Origin: Verrucomicrobiota bacterium
Lineage (GTDB): Bacteria > Verrucomicrobiota > Lentisphaeria > Lentisphaerales > Lentisphaeraceae
DNA: 30,404 nucleotides
Direction: 5' to 3'
Assembly (NCBI GenBank): GCA_039798785.1
Contig: JBDKFG010000071.1
Coordinates: forward strand, 1-30,404
Shown here in pieces: positions 9,424-19,049 of this stretch. The first letter of the stretch is position 1. The number at the start of each line of letters is the position of its first letter. The notes beneath the pieces are model-generated. The model had not been told where the DNA came from. It saw only the letters and a program-made list of their open reading frames with translations, and searched no databases. The translations under genes and the position numbers were made by a program.

Positions 9424-10695
9424 TCAGACGCGGAAGGTTTCGGCGCGGTCCGGCCCGACGGATACGGTCTTGACCGGGGCGCCGCAGAGCTCGGCGACGC
9501 GGTTGAGGTAGTTGCGGGCTTCGACGGGAAGTTCGCCGAAGGAGCGGGCGCCCTTGCTCGGCTTCTTCCAGCCTGGCATCGATTCGTACACCGGCTTGAC
9601 GCGGGCGAGATCCTCGGAGTCGGCAGGCATGTAGTCGACGCGCTTGCCGTCGAGTTCGTAGGCGGTGCAGATCTTGACTTCGTCGAGGCCGTCGAGGACG
9701 TCCATCTTGGTGACGACGAGCTCGGTGATGCCGTTGAGCATGACGGCGTAGGAGGTGGCGACGGCGTCGAGCCAGCCGGTGCGGCGGGGGCGGCCGGTGG
9801 TCGAGCCGAATTCGTTGCCGACCTTGCGGATCTGTTCGCCGAGGGCGCAGCAGAGCTCGGTGGGGAAGGGGCCGGATCCGACGCGGGTGGTGTAGGCCTT
9901 GGCGACGCCGATGACGGTCTTGATGTGCTGGGGCGCGATGCCGCTGCCGGTGACGGCTCCGCCGACGCCGGTGTTCGACGAGGTGACGTAGGGGTAGGTG
10001 CCGTAGTCGATGTCGAGCCAGACGCCCTGGGCGCCTTCCAGCATGATGTTCTTGCCGGCCTTGATGGCGCGGTTGAGGGTCAGGACGGTGTCGGTGACCA
10101 GGGGGGCGAGACGGGCGCAAGCGGTCTTGGTGGCGGCCCATTCGGCATCGATGTCGAGTTCGGGGGCGCCGAGGCTCTTGAGGACGGTGTTGGCCTTGGC
10201 GCAGTTGGTGCGGAACTTCTTCTCGAGGCGCTCGGGGTGGCAGAGGTCGGCGCCGCGGAGACCGACGCGGGCGGTCTTGTCGGAGTAGGTCGGGCCGATG
10301 CCTTTCTTGGTGGTGCCGACGGCATCGGCGCCGCGGGCGGCTTCAAAGGCGGCGTCGAGGGCCTGGTGATAGGAGAAGACGAGGTGGCAGCGCGAGCTGA
10401 TCTCGAGGCGGCTGACGATCTCGATGTCTTGAGAGGCGAGCTTGTCGATTTCGGTACAGAGGCCGACCGGGTTCATCACCACACCGTTGCCGATGACGTT
10501 GAGGGTCTTATGCGAGTGGACGCCGGAGGGAATGAGGTGCAGGACCACCTTCTTGCCTTCGACGATGACGGTGTGGCCGGCGTTGTTGCCGCCCTGGTAG
10601 CGGGCGACGACGTCGGCCTCGGGGGCGAGGACGTCGATGATCTTGCCTTTGCCTTCGTCGCCCCACTGGGCGCCGATAAGTACGGTTACGGACAT
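9424..10695 (-). CDS. purA: Adenylosuccinate synthetase
   Basis: GAQWGDEGKGK, GGNNAGHT, YPYVTSS, TTGRPRRTGWLD; AGGAG RBS before MSVTV. Confidence 0.98.
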   Translation of the reverse strand: MSVTVLIGAQWGDEGKGKIIDVLAPEADVVARYQGGNNAGHTVIVEGKKVVLHLIPSGVHSHKTLNVIGNGVVMNPVGLCTEIDKLASQDIEIVSRLEISSRCHLVFSYHQALDAAFEAARGADAVGTTKKGIGPTYSDKTARVGLRGADLCHPERLEKKFRTNCAKANTVLKSLGAPELDIDAEWAATKTACARLAPLVTDTVLTLNRAIKAGKNIMLEGAQGVWLDIDYGTYPYVTSSNTGVGGAVTGSGIAPQHIKTVIGVAKAYTTRVGSGPFPTELCCALGEQIRKVGNEFGSTTGRPRRTGWLDAVATSYAVMLNGITELVVTKMDVLDGLDEVKICTAYELDGKRVDYMPADSEDLARVKPVYESMPGWKKPSKGARSFGELPVEARNYLNRVAELCGAPVKTVSVGPDRAETFRV

Positions 10696-10734
10696 GGAGT
10701 GCTCCTGGTTCATCTATTTTTCACAAAACCCCGC

Positions 10735-10762
10735 AATGTAGCGGTCATCGCCGCTCTGCCAA
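10735..10762 (-). promoter_or_regulatory. Putative sigma70 promoter of purA
   Basis: TTGGCA-16 bp-TACATT on the minus strand. Confidence 0.45.
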
Positions 10763-10806
10763 GGCGTGATGACAGGAGATCGTAGAAAGTGGCGAGTCTT
10801 CGGGGC

Positions 10807-11310
10807 TCAGTAGATTTCCCCGTGCAGTTCGAGGCAGGCGAGGTAGAGCCGTGTGTCGAACTCGAGCTGGTGATAATTCGCTTCGATATGGACGCAGAGC
10901 TGGTAGAAGGCTTTGTTGTGTTCGACTTCCCGCAGATGAGCCAGTTCATGGGCGAGAATCATGCGGAGCAGAGCTTCGGGGGCGCGGCGGAAGAGGGCGG
11001 CGATGCGGATTTCCTGGGACGACTTGAGGCGCTTTCCCTGGACGCGGCTCATCCGGGAGTGGAGGCCGAGAGCTTCGTGGCTGCGGCGGATCTTGTCATC
11101 GTAGACGACTTTGTTGACCGGGCCGGCTTGGCGCATGAAGCGGTTTTTCATCGCCATGGCGTAGTCGTAGAGGGCTTGATCGGAGCGGATCTGGTGGGCG
11201 GCAGGGTAGCGCTGGCGGAGCTGGTCGGGCAGGCGGCCGGAGGCGAGCAGGGCTTCGACCTGGGCCTGGATTGTCGGAGGATAATGGGTGAAGTACTGAA
11301 GCTGTTCCAT
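10807..11310 (-). CDS. YgjP-like (M48/DUF45) metallopeptidase-fold protein
   Basis: AHELAHLREVEHNKAFYQLC; resembles the short YgjP type. Confidence 0.88.
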   Translation of the reverse strand: MEQLQYFTHYPPTIQAQVEALLASGRLPDQLRQRYPAAHQIRSDQALYDYAMAMKNRFMRQAGPVNKVVYDDKIRRSHEALGLHSRMSRVQGKRLKSSQEIRIAALFRRAPEALLRMILAHELAHLREVEHNKAFYQLCVHIEANYHQLEFDTRLYLACLELHGEIY

Positions 11311-11319
11311 GGCAGGAGC

Positions 11320-13845
11320 TCACGGCAGTCCGTCGAAAGGCGGCGTCCAGATCTGGATCCGGTCTGTGTCGATCTGGAAAAGCTTGGCGAGGCGGTGGCG
11401 GCGGGTCGAAGGCAGTTCCAGGGGAGGGGTGGCTCCTCCGTCTAGGCTGAGTGCGGCGGCGGCGTAGAGGCCCTGCACGGTGAAGGCTCCTGGCCAGTCG
11501 GCGAGATAGAGGGGGCCGGCCGGGAGTTTGTCGCCGGGGCGGAGCACGGTCCAGGCACCCTGGCTGTCCGGGGCGAGGAGGACTTCGCGGGCGAGCGAGT
11601 GGAACAGCCGGGGCTCGAGGCGGGAGGCGTCGAAGCTGGCGGGAGCGGGCTGGGGCAGCAGCATCGAGGACTTGAGCCAGATGCAGGTGTCAAGAGTGAA
11701 GGGAGTGTTGTAGAAGCGCGGGCAGGGCGGCAGGCTTTTCCATCCCGGATCGGCCTGGCAGAGGAATTTGCCGGTGTCGATCATGGCGTTGAGCTGGTCG
11801 ATGACGGGGGAGGGGTCCTGGCCGGGCTGCCATTCCTGCAGCCTCCGGCGCAATTCGGTGGCGCGGCTCCGCGGTTCGACACCCTGGTCGAGGCTTTTCC
11901 AGGTGATGCGCTTGACGAGGAGTTCCGGGAGCTGGCGCTGCAAGTCGGCGAGGCGGGGGCATTGCGGTTCCCAAACGGAGGTGAATTCGAGCATGGCGAC
12001 GAGGCGGTTGACGGAGAGAGGCTGGAAGGCGAGATTCTTTTCGTAGGCCTGGCGGGCCCGGTCGAGATGGGCCTGTGCTTGCGCCGGGTCGGACGACAGG
12101 AGGCTGGCGTAGGTCGCCCAGACGCCGTGCCGGCGCTGCAGGTCTCCATAGCCCGGGGCGAGGCGGTTGGCCTGATCGATGGCGCGACCTGATCTCTCGA
12201 GCTGGTCGATGCAGATGGTGTCGAGTTCTGAGAGGGCGATGCGCAGGCTTTCTTTCTGCGGCGATTCCGCCGGGGCGGCCGTCCATTCCCGCCGTAGCTT
12301 GTCGGCTTGCCCCAGGTAGAGGCCGAGAACGTGCACTTGCTGGACGACGTTGAGATAGGCGTAATCGGGATTCCATCTGTCGAAGGCGGCGGCGGTCTCG
12401 AGGGCTTGAGGCTCGTTGCGGATTTCATATTCGAGCTTGGCCAGCGCGGCGCGTCCGAGGCAGAGGCAGAAGAAGAAGCCGAAGGCGAAGGTGACGGCGG
12501 CGAGGACCTGTCCCGGCAGGCGACTGGAGCTGGCGCTGGCGGGACCGGGAGGGCTGAGCAGGGCGAGCAGGAGAAGGAAGATCGGCGCCGAGGCGGCGAC
12601 GGCGAGGGGCTTGTCGGCCATGCCGAAGCCGAGAAGGAGCACGGCTCCCGACCAGGCGCACCAGGCGAAGTCGTCGGCGGGGCGGCGGAGAAGCAGCCAG
12701 AGGAGCGTGGCGGACCAGGCCAGGAGGCCGAGGAGGCCGAGCTCGACCAGGATCATCAGGGGCTGGTTGTGAGTGTGCTCGATGAGGGATGAGAAGTGCT
12801 GCTTCTTCATCAGGTTTTCGGAGATCTTGCCGGGGAAGTCGCGCAGCCATCCGAGGGGGCCGTGGCCGAAGGCGGGTTTCTCCAAGCCGAGCCGGAGGGC
12901 ATCCTTCCACAGGGGGGCGCGGATGTCTTCGGCTTCGAGGCGGTGGAATTTGGCGACGATGCGGGAGAGCAGGTCACTCTGTTTCCGGGCTTCCGCTTCG
13001 GTGCGGGACTGCATCTGGGAATGGAGGAAGAGGCCGGTGGCGGCGAGGAGGGCGCCGGCGAGACAGGCTGCGGCGAGGCGCGAGCGCCAGCCGGGGAGCC
13101 TGAGGAAGAGCAGGCAGACGGCGAGGAAGGGAAGGGCGAAGAGGGCGGTCCGGGTGGAGCAGGGGCCGAGGATCTGCCAGAGTGTGGCTCCGGCGATCAG
13201 GGCGGCGCAGCCCAGGCGGAGGGAGGGGCTCTGAAGTCCGGGGAGGCGGCAGAGCTGGAGCCAGGCGAAGGGGGCGGTGGCGGCAAGGGCGGCGGAGGTC
13301 CAGTTCGGGTTGGCGCCGAGGCCTTTGTCGTGATTGATGCGGCAATAGAGCATGCAGATCAGCCACCAGAGCGCAAGTGAACGCAGGCTCCAGCGTTTCA
13401 GCAGTTCGCGCTCCTCGGGAGTGAGCATCCATGCGGCGAGGGGGACTGCGGCGGCGGCGGCATATTCGAGGGACTGGGTCAGGGGGAGGGCGTAGGAGCC
13501 GCCGGCGCAGAGCAGGGTCGAGACCAGGATGGCGAGGAGCAGGGCCCATGCAGGATGTCGCAAGCTGGCGCGGTTCAGGGACAGTCGCGAGAAGACCAGG
13601 GCGAGCGAAAAGATGCCGAGTGCCGGAAGGATCGGGAAGGAGACTTGGAAGTAGGCTTCACGGAGGAATGGCTGCACCGGCTCGGCATCGGGATTGCCGA
13701 GCCAGGCGCGTTTCCATTCGGTGGCCTTGGCCGCCCATCCGTAGAGGAGCAGTGCGAGGGGATGATAGAGGAAAGGGGAGAGAGCGGCCAGGAGGACCCA
13801 GGCCTGTCCCCAGGGATTCTGCTTCACGGACGAGGGGGTTCCCAT
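11320..13845 (-). CDS. O-antigen ligase (Wzy_C)-family membrane protein with long helical C-terminal extension
   Basis: Multi-TM; GANPN, STRTA and R..LW..AL.L...KP.FGHG...HTHNQPLMILVELGLLG motifs. Confidence 0.82.
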   Translation of the reverse strand: MGTPSSVKQNPWGQAWVLLAALSPFLYHPLALLLYGWAAKATEWKRAWLGNPDAEPVQPFLREAYFQVSFPILPALGIFSLALVFSRLSLNRASLRHPAWALLLAILVSTLLCAGGSYALPLTQSLEYAAAAAVPLAAWMLTPEERELLKRWSLRSLALWWLICMLYCRINHDKGLGANPNWTSAALAATAPFAWLQLCRLPGLQSPSLRLGCAALIAGATLWQILGPCSTRTALFALPFLAVCLLFLRLPGWRSRLAAACLAGALLAATGLFLHSQMQSRTEAEARKQSDLLSRIVAKFHRLEAEDIRAPLWKDALRLGLEKPAFGHGPLGWLRDFPGKISENLMKKQHFSSLIEHTHNQPLMILVELGLLGLLAWSATLLWLLLRRPADDFAWCAWSGAVLLLGFGMADKPLAVAASAPIFLLLLALLSPPGPASASSSRLPGQVLAAVTFAFGFFFCLCLGRAALAKLEYEIRNEPQALETAAAFDRWNPDYAYLNVVQQVHVLGLYLGQADKLRREWTAAPAESPQKESLRIALSELDTICIDQLERSGRAIDQANRLAPGYGDLQRRHGVWATYASLLSSDPAQAQAHLDRARQAYEKNLAFQPLSVNRLVAMLEFTSVWEPQCPRLADLQRQLPELLVKRITWKSLDQGVEPRSRATELRRRLQEWQPGQDPSPVIDQLNAMIDTGKFLCQADPGWKSLPPCPRFYNTPFTLDTCIWLKSSMLLPQPAPASFDASRLEPRLFHSLAREVLLAPDSQGAWTVLRPGDKLPAGPLYLADWPGAFTVQGLYAAAALSLDGGATPPLELPSTRRHRLAKLFQIDTDRIQIWTPPFDGLP

Positions 13846-13907
13846 GGCTTTTTCCTTCTGGACTTTTCAGCCGTCCAGTATAAGCCGGGAAAGCTTGTCG
13901 GGTAGGC

Positions 13908-15776
13908 TCAGCGCTTCAATTCGGGATCGAGCCAGGCGCTCCAGGCGCCGCGATTGTCTTCGGCTTCGGCCCTGAGCACCAGCTGCCGCACTCCTTCGAC
14001 CTTGACCGAGAACGCCTTGTCCGATCCCTCCTTGACCAGACCCGATTTCCAGATCTGCTTGCCATCGGCCCAAAGGCTGAAGCGGACCTTGCCGTAGCCG
14101 CCCTGGAGGATGCCGACGCGTCCGCTGAACGAGGTCCAGGCGCCGCCGAGATCGTAGCCGTGCTCGGCGTTGGCGTGGGCATAGAGGCCGTGCTTGGCTA
14201 GGCCGCCGGAGCCGATCAATGGCGAGCCGTCGGGCTTGCGGTCGAAGTGGACGCCGCCATAGCCGGTTCGTGCCGTGTCGGGAGCGGCATCGGAAAGCGC
14301 CAGGGTCTTGATCTCGACACTGGCCTCGGACGGCTTGGGCTTGCCGGCAGCGGAATCGGGCTGGGCGAGCCGGCGGAAGGTTTCCTGGAGGCGCGGGCTC
14401 AGGGCCGAGACCTCGGACGGATCTAGCCGGCCGGCCTTTTTCAATTTCCAGGCGGCTTCGAATTCGAGGCTGGCGAGTGCCTGGCTGACGTCGAGGTGCC
14501 CTTGGTCGTCGACGCGGGCGGGCAGGGAGAAGGCTTGGTCGCTCCACACCGAGGCGGTGGCGGCGCCGTTGGCGGCGACGGCGACGAAATGAAGCTCGGC
14601 ATCGGCGTTGCGGCGGCCTTCCGGATGAGGGAGGAGGAGGGAGAAGCTGCCGTCGGCAAGCGGCACCGCAGCGGCGATCTCGGAGTCGTAATCGCCGTTG
14701 CCGGCGGGGTCGGCGTAGGCGATGACGGCGGTGAGAGGCAGGTTGGCGGCTACCTTGGCGGCCACTCGCAGCCCTTCGGGCCTGCTTTCCATCTTCCACT
14801 CGGAAAACTCGGCCATGACCCGAGTCTGCATCTGCTTGATCGAGCCGGAGAACTGGGGGTGCCCGGCGAGCTTGAGGGCATGAGGCAGGGAAAGGAAGCT
14901 GCCTTGGCTCTCTCCGCGCAGTTCCTCGCCGTAGGTGCGGTTGCCGCTGCCCATCAGGGCGGTGCCGCGGGCGGCGCGGCAGCCAGCGCACTCCTTGCAG
15001 TGGGGCAGGCCGAGGGCATGGCCGAGCTCGTGGCAGACGCCGCCGATGAAGATCGAGTTGTATTTGCCCAGAGAGATGCGGCCGTATTGACGATCGTGAA
15101 GGAATTGATCCTGGACCCCGAGATGGAGCGGATCCAGCAGGACCGAGTCGAGCTGCCAGGCGGTGCCGCCGCGGCTGTCGCCGGAGGCGTAGTAAGGGCT
15201 GTGGTGGCTCATCCGGCGTTTCTCAGGATCCCATTCGCTGAGATTGCAGAAAATCACCAGGGTATCCTTGCCGCCGTCGATCCCTTGCGCCTTCAGGGCT
15301 TCGATGCAGTCTTTGCGGATGGCGTCGCCGTCGCTGTGGTCCTCTTCGCTGCAGTCTTGCGACAGGAGGCGGCCCTTGGCGACGGTGATCTTCACCTGTC
15401 CGGGCGAGTCCTCCTCGAGCTTGATGCTGCGGCCGGGAAAGCCGTAGCTGTCCATTTCTGCGGCGTAGAAGGCCTGGATGTGCTTCAGAACCCGGCTGAG
15501 ACGGGCTTGGAAGTCCGGAAGGGGATCGCGGTCGGCGGGGGTCCAATAGACGATGCGGAGCAGGCGTTCGCCTTTCTGTGCATCGGTTTCCTCCCAGTTC
15601 CGCAGCACTTCCCTGGCCCTGGCGAGATCGGCGAGCCCCGGCTCGCCGGGAAGCAGGTTCACCTTGACCGGCTCCGGAGGGGCCGCCGCGGTCTTGGGGG
15701 CGGGCACTTCAGTTTGCTGGGGTTGAGCGCAGGCGCTGAGGGTCAGGAGTCCGAGGGCGGCAAGAAGCTTTGTCAT
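13908..15776 (-). CDS. Lipoprotein zinc metallopeptidase (metzincin) with C-terminal NPCBM/NEW2 domain
   Basis: LSAC lipobox; HELGHALGLPH followed by an ALMG Met-turn; C-terminal GLYAHA...YDLGG.W..FSG.VG NPCBM pattern. Confidence 0.85.
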   Translation of the reverse strand: MTKLLAALGLLTLSACAQPQQTEVPAPKTAAAPPEPVKVNLLPGEPGLADLARAREVLRNWEETDAQKGERLLRIVYWTPADRDPLPDFQARLSRVLKHIQAFYAAEMDSYGFPGRSIKLEEDSPGQVKITVAKGRLLSQDCSEEDHSDGDAIRKDCIEALKAQGIDGGKDTLVIFCNLSEWDPEKRRMSHHSPYYASGDSRGGTAWQLDSVLLDPLHLGVQDQFLHDRQYGRISLGKYNSIFIGGVCHELGHALGLPHCKECAGCRAARGTALMGSGNRTYGEELRGESQGSFLSLPHALKLAGHPQFSGSIKQMQTRVMAEFSEWKMESRPEGLRVAAKVAANLPLTAVIAYADPAGNGDYDSEIAAAVPLADGSFSLLLPHPEGRRNADAELHFVAVAANGAATASVWSDQAFSLPARVDDQGHLDVSQALASLEFEAAWKLKKAGRLDPSEVSALSPRLQETFRRLAQPDSAAGKPKPSEASVEIKTLALSDAAPDTARTGYGGVHFDRKPDGSPLIGSGGLAKHGLYAHANAEHGYDLGGAWTSFSGRVGILQGGYGKVRFSLWADGKQIWKSGLVKEGSDKAFSVKVEGVRQLVLRAEAEDNRGAWSAWLDPELKR

Positions 15777-15839
15777 GGTGCGGTTCCGGTTTGCTGGGCC
15801 GCTTATGACAAGGGTTTTTTGCCGGAGTTCCGTCGTGGA

Positions 15840-16178
15840 TCAGGGATTTTCCGGTGGCTTCGGCGCCGGTGCGGGGAGGCCGCTGCGGAGGCGTTTGAGA
15901 TGTTCGTCCCATTCGATCGGCAGCAGGTATTTCTTGGCGCTGTTGCATTCTTTGCAGCACGGGACGATGTTGGACTTCGACGAGCTGCCGCCGCGGATCA
16001 CCGGGACGATGTGGTCCATGCTGAGTTCGGCGGGAGGGAAGCGTTGTTGGCACCAGTGGCACTTGCCTTGGCCGCGCAGGTTCTTCCACCATTGCGAGTC
16101 GCGCAATTCCTTGGCTTTCGCCCGTTCGCGGCGGACAAAGTCGTCATCGGCGGCCTCGAAGGCGGAAAAGAAGCTCAT
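15840..16178 (-). CDS. Small HNH endonuclease
   Basis: CHWC...SMDHIVPVIRGGSSSKSNIVPCCKECNSAK. Confidence 0.9.
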   Translation of the reverse strand: MSFFSAFEAADDDFVRRERAKAKELRDSQWWKNLRGQGKCHWCQQRFPPAELSMDHIVPVIRGGSSSKSNIVPCCKECNSAKKYLLPIEWDEHLKRLRSGLPAPAPKPPENP

Positions 16179-16244
16179 GTGTGTGCTGCGTGTGGGCTGA
16201 TTGTCGGGTCTTGGCGGCAAACTAGCATCGTCAGGGCGGAAAGC

Positions 16245-16276
16245 CAAGAACGGCTCCCGCGAGGGAGCCGTTCTTG
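16245..16276 (-). terminator. Hairpin terminator after the RRM gene
   Basis: Perfect 14-bp stem CAAGAACGGCTCCC-gcga-GGGAGCCGTTCTTG. Confidence 0.75.
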
Positions 16277-16295
16277 CAGTCGAGTCGTCGGGGAC

Positions 16296-16724
16296 TCAGG
16301 CGCGGCCGTAGCCGCCACGGCTGCCGCCGCGGTCGCCGCCGTAGCCGCCGCTGGAACGGCCGCCGTAGCCGCCGCCCGAACCGCCGCCATAGCCGCCGCC
16401 GCCGCCGTAGCCGCCGCTGGAGCGGCCGCCGCCGTAACCGCCGCCGCCGGAGCGGGGGCCGCGGGATTCGCCTTCGGGACGGCTTTCAGCCGCGTTGACG
16501 CGGATCTGACGGCCGTCGACGGTGGCGCCGTTCATTTTTTCGATCGCTTCGCGGGCCGATTCCTCGGAGCTGAAGGCGACGAAGCCGAAGCCGCGCGAGC
16601 GGCCGGTTTCGCGGTCGTTGATGACCTTGGCTTCGGTGAGGTCGCCGAAGGAGCCGAAGGCGGAACGCAGGCTTTCTTCGTTGGTGTCCCAGCTGAGGCC
16701 GCCGACAAACAGTTTAGTGGACAT
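16296..16724 (-). CDS. RRM RNA-binding protein with Gly-rich tail (Rbp type)
   Basis: RNP2 LFVGGL, RNP1 RGFGFVAF, GGGYGG repeats. Confidence 0.95.
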   Translation of the reverse strand: MSTKLFVGGLSWDTNEESLRSAFGSFGDLTEAKVINDRETGRSRGFGFVAFSSEESAREAIEKMNGATVDGRQIRVNAAESRPEGESRGPRSGGGGYGGGRSSGGYGGGGGYGGGSGGGYGGRSSGGYGGDRGGSRGGYGRA

Positions 16725-16957
16725 GATGAGTATCTCCATTGGGGTTTCTATTTCTTGCGATGCCTCAGCATATCCAGCAAATGTAGTAGCTTTCGGTGAG
16801 TCGCTTCGTCTCTGGCAATCAGGGTGATTGCCGGGGACGGCTTCAAGGCTATAGCGCAAATGATTTAATACAAGGAACTTGTTGAAAATCGGGAGAGTTG
16901 GCCTGAAAGGCCTCTAAAGGCTTGCGGGGCAAGCCACTGGGGCTTTCCGCAAGAGCT

Positions 16958-17884
16958 TCACTCGGCCGGCTGGGCTTCCTCTTCTCTTTCGGCGGCCCTT
17001 GCACTCGCCGGGAAATTGACCGGATCCCAGCTCCTGCCGAGCCAGAGAAGCTGGTCCTGCCAGCGCGGCGGGATGTCGAAAAGATAGTGGTTGGGCCGGC
17101 CCCATTTCGACTTGTGGTGGAAGTCGGAGGCGGCGGAGATCTTCAGCTCCATCCGCAAGGCGAGGCTGCCGAAGCGCTGCACGTCGGTGCCGCTGCCCTG
17201 GCCGCAGAGGATTTCGACCGCGTCGCCGCCCCATTCCTTGAAGGCCCGGAAGAAGCCGCGGCGCCCTTCGGTGCTGAAGCGGTAGCGGCCGGGATGCGCC
17301 ATCACCGAGGTCGCTCCGGCTTCTTTCAGACGCGGCAGCAGATCGCGCAAGTCGATCCAGGTTTCCGGCACATGCGCCGGACGGCCGGGCTCCATCAGCT
17401 TGCCGATGGCGTCGTCGAAATCGGCGCAGAGGCCTTTGCGGATGAGGATCTGGGCGAGGTGGGGGCGTCCGATCGCCTCGGCCCGCGGCTGTTCGGCCAG
17501 GGCCTCGTCCCAGCTCACCGGAAAGCCGGCGGCGGTGAGCGCGGCGCAGAGGCCACGGGCCCGTTCGGCGCGGCTGTCGCCGGCAGCTTGCAGGAGGCGT
17601 TGGATACGCGGCTCGGCAGGGTCGAAATCGAGGGCGACGACATGGATCACCTGCCCCTGGTGGAGAGCGCTGAATTCGCAGCCGTTGAGGAAGCCCATGC
17701 CGAGCTCGGCCGCGGTGCTGCGGGCGAGCTCAAGGCCCTCGATCGAGTCGTGATCGGTGAGCGCCGCCACCCGCACGCCGCAACGGCGGAGATGACGCAT
17801 CACCTCGTCCGGCGGCAGGGAGCCGTCGGAACAGTTCGAGTGACAATGCAGCTCGATGCCCGGACGATAAATGCCGCGGCTCAC
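16958..17884 (-). CDS. PHP-domain phosphoesterase (YciV/TrpH-like)
   Basis: LHCHSNCSDG, ALTDHD, GRPHLA, AHPGRY, SDFH. Confidence 0.92.
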   Translation of the reverse strand: MSRGIYRPGIELHCHSNCSDGSLPPDEVMRHLRRCGVRVAALTDHDSIEGLELARSTAAELGMGFLNGCEFSALHQGQVIHVVALDFDPAEPRIQRLLQAAGDSRAERARGLCAALTAAGFPVSWDEALAEQPRAEAIGRPHLAQILIRKGLCADFDDAIGKLMEPGRPAHVPETWIDLRDLLPRLKEAGATSVMAHPGRYRFSTEGRRGFFRAFKEWGGDAVEILCGQGSGTDVQRFGSLALRMELKISAASDFHHKSKWGRPNHYLFDIPPRWQDQLLWLGRSWDPVNFPASARAAEREEEAQPAE

Positions 17885-18939
17885 AAGGAGAGCAGGAGTT
17901 TTTCGAGCATGTCGCGGTACTTCAGGCAGTCGCTCTTGAGGATGAATTCATCCGCCTTGTGCGCTTGCGAAGTGAGGCCGGGGCCGAAGTTGAAACAGGG
18001 GACGCCGAGGGCGCTGAGCTGGGCCACGTCGGTCCACGCCTGCTTCGCTTCGACCGGAGCGGCGAGAAGCTCGACGGCGCGAGTGAAGAGCGGCGTCTCG
18101 ATGACCTTGCCGGAGGGAGCGTCGTCGATCAGGCTGACCTCGAGATCGGGAACCTTCAGTCCGTTGATGAAGCCGGTGGCGTGGTCGAAGGCTTCTTGCG
18201 GACCCCGCACCGGAGCGTAGCGGAAGTTGACATTCGCCTCCCACCAACCGGGCAGCGAGGTGCGCCCGGGTTCGCAACGCTCCTCGGTGATCTGCAGGAC
18301 GTCGAAGAAATCGCAACCGAAGACGCGATGCTTGACCGGAGCGAGCTGACTCATCGCCTGGATGAAGGGCAGCGCCTTGTAGAGGGCGTTGCTGCCGTTC
18401 CAGGGACGGGCCGAGTGGCAAGCCAGACCCTTCACCTTGACCCGCAGATGCAGCGAGCCGCAGCAGCCGATCTGGACGGTGTTGTCCGTGGGTTCGCCGA
18501 CCACCGCGAGGTCGACGGCCTTGAACCACTCCGGCATGAATTGAATCAGATCATAGAGGCCGTTGTCGTGGATCGGCGTGCCTTCCTCGCGGCTGTAGAT
18601 GAGCAGCGAGATGTTGCAGCCGATGGCGTCCTGATGCTGGGCGACGACATCCATGAAAGCGGCGACGGCGCCGAGCATGTCGGAGCCGCCGGGCCCGTGC
18701 AGTCGGTCACCTTCGTGGCGGACCGGGAACCATTGAGGGACGACATCGGAATGGCCGACCAGGACGACATGCGGACGCCCGGCCTTTTTGGGCAGCGAGA
18801 TGATGAGCGAATCCTTGTGCTCAAGGATCTCCGCGCCGCGCAGGTTTTTGCCGGTCCAGTCGCGAAGGAACTTGACCTTTTCCTGTTCGTGGAAGGTGGG
18901 CGAAGGGATGGTGAGGAGTTGTTCGAGGAGCGGCAGCAT
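17881..18939 (-). CDS. dapE: Succinyl-diaminopimelate desuccinylase (M20 peptidase)
   Basis: GHSDVVP, SDMLGA, REEG, GEPT, HSARPW, GPG...AHKADE. Confidence 0.85.
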   Translation of the reverse strand: MLPLLEQLLTIPSPTFHEQEKVKFLRDWTGKNLRGAEILEHKDSLIISLPKKAGRPHVVLVGHSDVVPQWFPVRHEGDRLHGPGGSDMLGAVAAFMDVVAQHQDAIGCNISLLIYSREEGTPIHDNGLYDLIQFMPEWFKAVDLAVVGEPTDNTVQIGCCGSLHLRVKVKGLACHSARPWNGSNALYKALPFIQAMSQLAPVKHRVFGCDFFDVLQITEERCEPGRTSLPGWWEANVNFRYAPVRGPQEAFDHATGFINGLKVPDLEVSLIDDAPSGKVIETPLFTRAVELLAAPVEAKQAWTDVAQLSALGVPCFNFGPGLTSQAHKADEFILKSDCLKYRDMLEKLLLSL

Positions 18940-18999
18940 GAGTGATCCTTTTTTTGCGTCGACCGCGAAGATAACCCGGAAGGAGCGGCGGCAAAGGGC
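18936..18999. repeat. Direct repeat copy 1 (dapE promoter/RBS/start region)
   Basis: Matches 20556-20624, with a 29-bp identical core ATAACCCGGAAGGAGCGGCGGCAAAGGGC. Confidence 0.92.
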
Positions 19000-19013
19000 T
19001 GGGAAATGATGTT

Positions 19014-19038
19014 GTGGCTCGATCACCCCGATCCCGAG
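19014..19038 (+). repeat. REP-like palindrome (GTGGCTCGA family, degenerate)
   Basis: GTGGCTCGATCACCCCGATCCCGAG. Confidence 0.6.
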
Positions 19039-19049
19039 AGGGAGCTTGC

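Noticed and set aside
15840..16178. HNH gene as a homing or mobile element
   Set aside because: Host-like codon usage, no intron or flanking repeats; it looks like a common stand-alone small HNH
16296..16460. GCC-rich repeats
   Set aside because: They encode the ordinary Gly-rich tail of the RRM protein
2532..16799. Long plus-strand ORFs (e.g. 2532-3575, 6186-7817, 8974-10785, 14496-16799)
   Set aside because: Antisense shadows of high-GC genes with clear motifs on the minus strand; the FKIQDSR run is just the translated heptamer array
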